Below the pieces are notes generated by a model. It searched no databases. It worked only from the letters and a program-made list of their open reading frames with translations, and was not told where the DNA came from. Made by a program: the position numbers and the translations under genes. DNA of 64,000 bases from Tubiluchus corallicola (lineage: Eukaryota; Animalia; Priapulida), in NCBI GenBank assembly GCA_030141605.1, contig JAQGDQ010000040.1, forward strand, positions 248,001 through 312,000. The letters are read 5' to 3'. This document shows positions 38,301 through 47,377 of the stretch, piece after piece (position 1 is the first letter of the stretch; each line of letters begins with the position of its first letter).

Positions 38301-41300
38301 TGCAGCAGTCTGTTTTGTCTAGACTTCATTCTAGGAAAGTAATCTAAAACTTTATTATAATCCACCTATATACATGGGAAGCAGGTTAGTCAAATAAAGT
38401 TGTGACAGCAGAAAATTCTTCCAAGGTCATGCGATTAAAAAAATAAAAAAGATTCGACTTTTATTACCTGAGTGAACTAAAGAGTTAAAAAAGTTATTGA
38501 AAAGGCGCCAATTTTGAAAAATGTGCTCCAGGGAGCAGATGCTCCCCTTGCTTCCCTATTAGCTACACTACTAGTAACATCTTGCCATGTTAAATGTAAC
38601 CATCTCAAATGAAACATTTTATTACTTAAATTTAATATCGACAAACATATTAGGCCTACACTCTTACAAACTGATACACGAAATATATGTATAACATTCC
38701 AGTAATATTTTATATTAGTTTTATTAACACAGGATAGGACATTTTCACTTAAAATAAGAATGATTGCTAGAAAAATATACTTCCAATGCTACAGTGAAAT
38801 GCAGTTCATGCAAGGAATCTTATTAGTGCATGCAATAATTATATTAATAACACAGAAACTCTCACCTTCTATAGCCTTTGATTCTCTTTTTGCATTATCA
38901 TTAGTTGGGTCATCTGCATGCAGCAGTGGACAGATAAAAAAGAAATTTATTTCCGACAGGACTAACATGCACTAGTACTATCTATAAGTTCAATAATAAG
39001 AGAAATTAATGAAACTTTTGTGACAGCATAGATAGAAATGCAGTAAAACCTTGCGAGGCACATTCCTTAGTACGTATTAATACAATGCAAATGTGCAAAA
39101 TTTTATTACGATAACGCTGTTAATCATTAATGAATCTGTTACAAGTTACAGAAAAGATCAACACCAATAGCAGTATTACCAGAAACAAGCATTCCACAAT
39201 TTTCTGAGAACAATGTCATACACTTAGTCTATTAGTTTTATACTAAACTTTTTACCATCTGAGAGTAAGATGGTTCTAAAACAGAATGTAATACACTAAA
39301 AGCACAAACTGAGACAACAATAGTTTATTTCTAGCTGCTACAGCATTTGACATGAAATATAGAAAAGGTAACAATATTAAAGCACATCTCTTTGCACATT
39401 TTTAGCTTTTATTAATAACATGCTTGTATCACATCATGTTTCTCTGAAATAACGTATTTTTCTATTCTGTTAATACGTGATATTTGTCTGTTCCAAATAC
39501 TTTTGGATGCTTTTTGGTAAAATATATATTCAGAGTTGAAATGCTGTCTTTTACAAACTTTATGTTAATTTGCACTGTCATCATGACTGTTTTCTAATGA
39601 CATATATACATATATAGGCCTATATATATATATATATATATATGTCAAATTATTATATACAGTGACAACTAACAGTTCAATAGTCTAACAGGGATTTAGT
39701 TAAAGATATTAAACAAGCATGATAAAGCGAGTTTACTGACATTCATAGTAGCGCATAAATATCTCTCATGACTGAGGAGGATCTAGGTTACACAAATCCA
39801 GTTACTGAAACTGGTAAAAAGCAAGTGGCTTGTCATGCTTGTTCAAATTCCAGTTTGATAAAATGTCAAAGATACATTAATTTAATTACTAATAAATTCA
39901 GTTAAAAACTAAATAACCTAAGCCAGCTAGTTAAAAACTAAAATATATATTTATTTAGACTTATAATTGATCACTTGCAGTAATTAACTTACATGAATCT
40001 AAATAATCTGCATGACATTAGTCACATTGTCATAAAAACTACAGTCCTATATTGCGATCAGTCGTACTTATATTTGCAAAAGGAATAGTTGGCTGTTTAC
40101 CAGTCATGCAAGACTAAGGTTTGATGTAAACATTTCTGATCAAATAAATGAGATTGCATTTTCAATCTAGGTTGTTGTCAACATCTCAGCCAGGTATATA
40201 TAAGGAGATCTTTCTTGCACACACATAACTACTGTCAGGACAAGTGTTTTGCTTCATCAGTGTGTGAACGAACAAATCTTGACCATTTTATAACAACTTC
40301 ATTAAGTTTGAATCAAGTTGGTTAAATTATTTTCATTAATTTACTGCATACTACTAATAGCAATATGTCTCAAGTACGTCAAAATTACCATCAGGAGGTT
40401 GAAGCTTTTGTTAATAAGCAAGTTCACCTGGAGTTGTATGCAAGCTATGTCTACCAAAGTATGGTAAGTGGCACATTAATATTCACTTTTCATAAATAAG
40501 TTATTCGAACAGTGGGGGTTTGACTTTGTTTTGCTTTTAAATAGACTATTGCTCCTTGATTTTTAGCCGAGGTCTTGTATTTTTAAAGACCATGCTTAAC
40601 AATTCTTTGTTAGGCCTATATGCTTTTGTATACCTCAAATGCTAAACATATACCTGAATATACCTAAATATACCTGAAATATATATATATATAAAACCAT
40701 CTCTATATAAATCTTTATTTAGATAAATAAAGCATAAATAAAAGGTATATATGCCAAACCTTCAGAGTGTTGTATGCATTGAAGATTAATATCTTTATCT
40801 GAATTTGTCATTTTAATTTACTTTTTTAATTTGACACTAATACTATAACATAATGACATCAACCAATTTGTTCCTATCGATAGGCATATTATTTTGACCG
40901 GGATGATGTCGCATTCCCGGGATTTCACGAGTTCTTTGCCAAGAATAGCAATGAGGAACGGGAACATGCACAAAAGCTTATGAAATACCAGAACCAACGT
41001 GGAGGAAGAATTGTTCTACAAGGCATACAGGTGAATTTAAGCCATTTTCTTTGAGAATTGATAATCACCTTCAATTACAAAATTCATTCACAGGTGACAA
41101 TGAAGTAAATTTGATGTTTTTTTATTAAGACAATTTATAACCGGATGTATAAGTTAACTTTCGAGTCGTTTATAATTTTTTTTATTACTATGCTAAGTAT
41201 TATAACTGCACATATACTAAGAATAAAAATGCATAATAAATGAAATACAATATGTAGAAAGTGCTACGCACAATCATCAACCTGAATCATTGTAGGTGTC

Positions 41301-44300
41301 ATATAAAAAATCCATCTACTTATAATTAAATTTCAATATCCACTTTTCCTAACCTATAATTGTGACTTTTTCCTAAGTCTCAATCTATAGACGTTTTCCA
41401 TGAAGAACTGAAGCAGCACGTAGCAAAGATAGAGTGCTTAGTTGCATTAACACATTCTTTTTATTCAAACAGAAGCCGGAGAAGGATGAATGGGGCACAC
41501 CACTCCAAGCGTTGCAAACAGCACTGGAAATGGAGAAAAATGTGAACCAGTCCCTTCTGGACTTACATAAACTAGCAAGTGATCACAGCGATCCCCACGT
41601 GAGTTTCTTTCTCACTTAAATCACTTCTTTCCTTTCTTAACTGTTTTGAACAACTACATTTCTGTCTCTCTATTGATGACTGCAACTTAGAAGTAACTGT
41701 GAACAATTATGATGAGTATTTTGTCTTCTTACAAGTTCAAACAGTTTGAGTTAAAACATATTGAAAAAGTTTGTTGGGATAGGTTAGCTATTGATAAGTT
41801 GTGATTATTATATTCGATTTGCATTTAAATTAAAAATATTGTATTTCTGAAACCTATAGGTAATTTAGTATTTCTGCATGTGTGTGTTTTATGCATTTCA
41901 GTGTTATTAGTGTTTTTTGTGTTACAGGATTATTAGTAATGTTGTTAAACTCATAAAAGTGTAGCAAATTATGAATGATACTGTTTCTGTTTCAATGTTG
42001 TAAATGTTTTTTTTCAGTTTATTAAAGCAACACTTTACAGCGTTTCTGGAGTGTTCTCTATCTCTTTCTGCCACTTCCTTCCGCCCCTATCTCTCTCTAT
42101 TCCAATCTCATATGGTTAAAAAAATTGAACTTGAACGCTACAATATTTTGCATTTTGTAGAAATATTTTGCCCAGTACAAGTTAATTTTGGTTAAGCTTT
42201 ATATATACTCATTACGTACATGGCTTCACTTATTCAATTATCACTTTATTTCAGCTGACTAATTATCTTGAAGATGAATTCCTGGATGAGCAAGTAAAAG
42301 CAATAAAAGATTTGGCTGACAAGATTACAAAGCTGAAGCGCTGTGGCTCTGGTTTGGGAGAATATATATTTGATAAAGAAGACATGAGCTCTTAGGAAGC
42401 TGCAAAACAACATATACTAGGAGACAATAGTTTGACTGATGTCATCTTATTATTTGGGTACCTACTAAATCCTAGCTATATGGAGTGAAAATAAATTGAA
42501 AATTTGAGATCATATTTTATTCGTGTTACCTGTGTAACGTTTAGTAGATACAGAATGGACTGTTGACACAGTTTGATGCAATTACGCATTTGTACATTGC
42601 ACATATTTTTCGTGAAAAAGAGGCACTTATTAGATGAATTCAAAACAAGTTTTTAAAGCACTAAAATTTGCTTATATGCAAACATGGCATATGGGAATCA
42701 ACACGAAAACAAATATAGTGAGGAAAAAAATCCAGAAACAGCTGCTGCAGTTTGTTAAACAGCGCATACATTTTTCAGTTTAACCTACTTTCTCAAGCTT
42801 GGCCATATACTGTAGAAAGAACTGCCTTTAATAATGTTTGGTTTAATTGTTCTCAAGGCATTCATAATAAATGCAAGAAGCGAATTATCTGTTGTTTTGT
42901 TATAATGCAAATTCAAAGTTGCTTTACTCTTGAAAAGAAAGTTTCAGTGTATGTGATCATATTATATGCACAAAAGTAGTACTAAATTAGAAAGTCCGAA
43001 TAACTTTACACCTCCACTAAGTGATACAAATTGTAGAATGCTCCAACAGAGTAACAATAACACTGTGACAGTTAGACACTGAATCACTTAGGACATCACA
43101 AAATATATGACAGACAAGATAAAGAATCACTTAGGACATCACAAAGTATGTGACAGATAAGATAATGAGTCACTTAGGATATCACAAAGTATGTGACAGA
43201 CAAGATAAACAATCAGTGAGGACATCACGAAGTATGTGACAGATAAAGAATCACAGAGGACATCACAAAATAGACATATTACGTACTGTAACTACTGTTA
43301 TATCATATATTTCCACACTATATTAATACTTTGATAAACAACAATTCACAGTGTACATATTAAAACTATGCACCATATTATATTAAAAAACGGTATGAAT
43401 ACAAGAATTCTGCTTTAGGTCAGCCAATGGATGAATGGGTGGACATCTACCATACTGTCCAGCTATATCAATATTTACCTTGCTGAAATTCCAAAAATTC
43501 TAAGACAGTTCGAAGACATTAGTGTCTTAACATGAACTATAAGGAGTACCATACAGCATCTTATCATAAGGACTATCCTCGATAATGAGGTCTCTAGTAC
43601 TGCTCTAGTCAGTTACATTAAGTAGCCTTCCCACTAAGTGCTGCATTCCGACTTGCAGGTAGTGCTGAATACCAGTTTGCAGAGTATCAAATTGAACAAA
43701 AACAAAAAAGTAAAAGTTGTGCACAACTGATGCTATACATTTGTACCTTCCAAAGCTCTCTGCTCATCATCCTCATGGCACAATAGGTAACGAGGGCTTT
43801 CATGAGCAAATGGCAGTGCACACAGCTGGAAGAAGCTGGTAAAAGCCGTCATACCTACGAGTAACATGTCATTACATATTATTGAAATGTAGATGCATTG
43901 GTAGTTACTTGTTTACTAAAATATTAGTCATATATAATTGTAATTACTCAAGAATGGAATGTTAAACTACACAAATTTTGCGATATGGCATGATACTGTT
44001 TCCAATGATACAATAACAATAAACTATTTTTTAGACAATAAGATATACGATACGATAAATTATTTTAATGACAAAAACGATACTGAAGTTAGACAATTTG
44101 TGTAACAACGGAATTAAACTTAAATGGTTGCTATAGTTATGAAACACAAGTTTGTTTGTCATAAATAAATAAATAAATAAGTAAAGCTGTGACAGATAAA
44201 CATATTACCGCCATAAAAATATTTATCCTTGCAAGCTACAAACATGACCGGGAAAAAGTGACACTAAAATACGGTACATAGTATGTGACATCCATGAGTC

Positions 44301-47300
44301 AGTATCAAAGTGTATAAGGGGTCACTATACTTTGTCAATATGATTCAGAAAGATGATAGCCGTTTTTGCCAGGGGAAGTACAAGAAAATGATTCTGTGTC
44401 TGACAAGTTTATAATTTTAAATAATTCTTTTGATTTACTTCATTGGATAATTACTGTAAATAAATAGGAAAGTGAAGTGATTTTATAAAGGTAAGCGATA
44501 AGCAATGATACACACCAAATTCGATATGATAACGATATTTCTAGAATAATATCGATACGATAACAATCGAAACAAGTTTTTCATATCGATACAATAATCT
44601 GCAATTATACTAAATGAAGAATTGTTCAAATTCAATTAATTATTTTCTCTATTAATAAGATTTAGAGAAAAAAAGCTAAAACATTAATTACTAATTCATA
44701 AACAAAAATATTAACAAGCTTACAAAGCAAGAGTGGCCATTGAGCGTCAGTTCCAAGTGCTTCTGGAAGCCCCAGGAGCTGGGAAATCAACATGGACGTG
44801 GCAAAACCGAATTCGTACAAACCACCCATGGCACCACGCAAATTACGCGGTGAAATTTCCATAAAGAATATGGTTGCCACTGATGCAAATCCTATACACA
44901 AAACCAATTCACTAAATTCATTCATTCACTTAATCAATTTGAAATCACTATAAAATGAGTAAATCATTAATAAAGTGCAGACACTGATCAACTGGTCACT
45001 TAACTACCCCAAAACAGCTAACCTTCCAATGTGTATAAACAGCAAATCAATTAGCCAGGCTAATCAGCCAACCAACCAAGCAATCAAGCTTTTTCAAAAA
45101 AGAGACACTCATTTAAATACCCTTTAAAAGAATGTTATTCAAAAATGTGATTTATATATAGCCTGTATTTCCTTTTGAGTCAGAACAACTAATCAATTTT
45201 GTAACAAAATTGTGTTTAGAAGAAGGGCTTCTTGTATAATTGACTGAACCAATTAAGTAAGAAATCATTGTCGTAGAAGTTAAAATGTGTGTACAGCTGA
45301 TAAGTTATGCACAATAGCTTACCTGCAGCCATGCCAAATACCAGACGACCAATAATAATCATCTCATAAGACATGGCAACTCTAGACAAGCCCATCATTA
45401 AGCAGCCCACGAATACCGTAATGCTATTGCCCATCATAGTTTTCTTCCTAAACCAAGAAAATAATAAGTTTATTGCTAACGAAGGTACTATATCACTACA
45501 TTATAATAAAAATGTTTGACAGGTAGCAGCGTTCAGTTCACAGTGTCTAAAATATGAAGCAGATACGCAGGTACCATGCGTAAAAGCACACAAGCTAACA
45601 TGAGTGGAAACAAATTCAATTTCACAAATGAATGCTATGAAAAATTGAAGTTCTTTTCTTGCAGCTGTTTCTACCATTAGACCTAACCTTACACATTAAA
45701 TGGCTGAAACAATTTGTGAGATTGTGTGATAAGACTAGGCAGCAATGATAATTTCCTTTATAGTTGCTCCACAAAGGCGTTTAATTATAATTTTGCTAAT
45801 GGCTAGTTGGCAGCTACAGCAATTTACACAATACAACACAGCACAATTCATTACAAAAGCACTGAATAAATAGGGTACTTCGCAACACAGGCTTAATCCA
45901 TTGCCTTTCTCAAACAATTTGTAATTATTATTGTGCATAGTTTAGTCGTTCATTGTTTTAAGAAAAAAATAAGGTATTAAATTCGCAACAGTTTTATAGT
46001 TACCTGCCGAACTTGTCTGCCAAATAATGTGTAACAAAGCTGGCTGTGAGAATACCTATAGAGTAGATAGCTGCAGTAAAAGACCATAAAGTTCTAAACA
46101 TTGCTTCCGGCATAATGGCACTCTCATTTCCTTGGCGAGAAGGATAAGATTCGTTTCTGTAAAATTTCTCTAAGACCTAAAAAAAGAACAGAAATTAGAA
46201 AAGTATCTCATTTACCAAGTGATAAATAGCAATGAGAGATAGCGATAAATGATTACTCACCCGTTTAGGATTATTGATAACGACCATATTGTATCCAAAA
46301 AGAAAAGTAGTTCCAATGACAACAGTGACTGCAGTAAGAGCCAACTGAGGTGTCATACCCTACACAATACAAAATAATAAAAAAAAATACTTTGCAGAAT
46401 TGAACTTTGTACCAACAAAGACGTTTATTTTAAAATTTGTAATGTGTTAAGAATCTATACAAAATTTAACAGTACTGCCACATTAATTTGACGTTGAAAA
46501 AAATTGAAAATCTGAGAGGTGATGGAATACTGAAAATCAAATGGCCCTGGTTCAAATCCACACTCAGTCCTAACTTTTTTCACATTTCCACTGCTTTGAA
46601 CAAGACTGGTTTCATACAATTAATAACTGCGGGTTCGTTCCATCACTGAATGACGATTTTATAATTAAGGTTACAAATGATAAGTTAGCAGACTTGTAAG
46701 TTATTTTGCTTCGTAATCCTAAACACATTTGCTTTTTTATTTAGTACAACTGAAGGTGCTTGTTACAGATGACCAGTTTAAACTTAATGAACTGTTATCA
46801 AGTTCAATGGTGTGCATGTAAAAAGCTAACAGCACATTCTAAGATCTGTTTTTTGGTTGACTTCTGTAACATTTTCAACAGTTTTAAGTCCTTCAACACA
46901 CCAACCAGATATGTTGAACTGGCATTTTTAACAATATAATGGTAAACCACACCTTGATTTTTAAATTTTTACTATACGAAAAACAATGTTTCATCTACTA
47001 GTAGTAGAATTCATCAGGTTATTCAGATTCATCATGTTATTCATCAAGTTATAACTAGAACACACAAGCTAATGACTCCTTTGCCATTATGTTATTAAAA
47101 ATGAAGAAATAATAATTTTTCTAAATTATGACAAGGTCCTATCCCTCACTCATTTGCACACCTGATATCGCTGTTTGATTTGAGTTGACACCTGTCTGGA
47201 CATTCTTCTGATGTTGCCTCGAGCTCTCTCTATTCGAGATCCTGTCGATTCTGTTCTGGGTCGCATTTCTGGCAGTTCCTCCTCCTCCTCCGGCAAGGTC

Positions 47301-47377
47301 TTTGGCTTTGAGTTCTTGGGCGGATGTTCCGGACCCATACGATGATGGGGCACGGGGGCAATGCTCATTCCGGACAT
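34918..47377 (-). CDS. SLC2A/GLUT-family transporter, paralog B, complete (11 coding exons, 592 aa)
   Basis: Exons 47377-47162, 46359-46261, 46176-46004, 45447-45323, 44891-44724, 43854-43747, 37832-37738, 37627-37529, 36480-36262, 35697-35616 and 35312-34918 sum to 1779 nt, all GT-AG and in phase. Motifs: [48 protein letters not shown]...RP and PETR. Confidence 0.95.
35616..35697 (-). CDS. GLUT paralog B exon 10
   Basis: [27 protein letters not shown]. Confidence 0.9.
36262..36480 (-). CDS. GLUT paralog B exon 9
   Basis: VLYFSTHIF...IEKVGRRLP... Confidence 0.93.
37529..37627 (-). CDS. GLUT paralog B exon 8 (TM7)
   Basis: [33 protein letters not shown]. Confidence 0.9.
37738..37832 (-). 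CDS. GLUT paralog B exon 7
   Basis: [36 protein letters not shown], in phase. Confidence 0.9.
38007..38573. mobile_element. hAT-type MITE with 8-bp TSD
   Basis: Perfect direct repeat GTAACATC at 37999-38006 and 38574-38581. Ends are CAGGGGCATAGC...GCTACACTACTA (degenerate TIR), with subterminal ggggagca/tgctcccc. Confidence 0.8.
38866..38913 (-). CDS. Candidate 48-nt in-frame cassette exon of GLUT paralog B
   Basis: Polypyrimidine tract + tgcag|ATGACCCA...ATAGAAG|gtgag; phase 1-1 like the flanking exons; no stop ([16 protein letters not shown]). Confidence 0.55.
40195..40203 (+). promoter_or_regulatory. TATA box of the ferritin gene
   Basis: TATATATAA about 45 nt upstream of the IRE and about 165 nt upstream of the ATG. 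Confidence 0.75.
40245..40274 (+). promoter_or_regulatory. Iron-responsive element (IRE) in the ferritin 5' UTR
   Basis: TGTTTTGC-TTCAT-CAGTGT-GTGAA-CGAACA: CAGUGN loop, 5-bp upper stem (one G-U pair), ferritin-type UGC/C bulge and TGTT/AACA lower stem. Confidence 0.93.
40365..40463 (+). CDS. Ferritin exon 1
   Basis: ATG...AGTATG|gtaagt, 99 nt. Confidence 0.95.
40365..42395 (+). CDS. Ferritin (H-type/soma ferritin), 170 aa, exons 40365-40463, 40884-41030, 41473-41598, 42255-42395
   Basis: [33 protein letters not shown]|[14 protein letters not shown]...[26 protein letters not shown]|KPEKDEWG...[16 protein letters not shown]...DPH|[18 protein letters not shown]...[14 protein letters not shown]. 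Ferroxidase residues are intact, the three phase-0 introns are at conserved ferritin positions, and there is no signal peptide. Confidence 0.97.
40884..41030 (+). CDS. Ferritin exon 2
   Basis: tag|GCATAT...ATACAG|gtgaat, 147 nt. Confidence 0.95.
41473..41598 (+). CDS. Ferritin exon 3
   Basis: cag|AAGCCG...CCCCAC|gtgagt, 126 nt. Confidence 0.95.
42255..42395 (+). CDS. Ferritin exon 4
   Basis: tttcag|CTGACT...TCTTAG, 141 nt. Confidence 0.95.
   Translation: MTNYLEDEFLDEQVKAIKDLADKITKLKRCGSGLGEYIFDKEDMSS
42490..42495 (+). terminator. Probable poly(A) signal of ferritin
   Basis: AATAAA about 95 nt after the stop codon, followed by a T/GT-rich tract. Confidence 0.65.
43081..43272. repeat. ~43-bp minisatellite, about 4.5 copies
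   Basis: Unit gaatcacttaggacatcacaaagtatgtgacagacaagataaa with variants. Confidence 0.92.
43747..43854 (-). CDS. GLUT paralog B exon 6
   Basis: [35 protein letters not shown]. Confidence 0.93.
44724..44891 (-). CDS. GLUT paralog B exon 5
   Basis: [12 protein letters not shown]...SQLLGL...LGT...WPLLL. Confidence 0.93.
45323..45447 (-). CDS. GLUT paralog B exon 4
   Basis: KKTMMGNS...[16 protein letters not shown]. Confidence 0.93.
46004..46176 (-). CDS. GLUT paralog B exon 3
   Basis: [11 protein letters not shown]...[12 protein letters not shown]...ADKFGR. Confidence 0.93.
46261..46359 (-). CDS. GLUT paralog B exon 2
   Basis: [33 protein letters not shown], 99 nt. Confidence 0.93.
47162..47377 (-). 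CDS. GLUT paralog B coding exon 1 (cytoplasmic N-terminal extension)
   Basis: Acceptor tttcag at 47401, ATG at 47377, 72 codons open to CAG|gtgtgc, phase 0. Confidence 0.75.

Noticed and set aside
43081-43272. CRISPR-like array
   Set aside because: Contiguous tandem units without unique spacers, eukaryotic intron context, no cas genes
46510-46570. tRNA gene (GGTTCAAATCC B-box)
   Set aside because: No cloverleaf or acceptor stem could be folded; at most a decayed tRNA-derived SINE head
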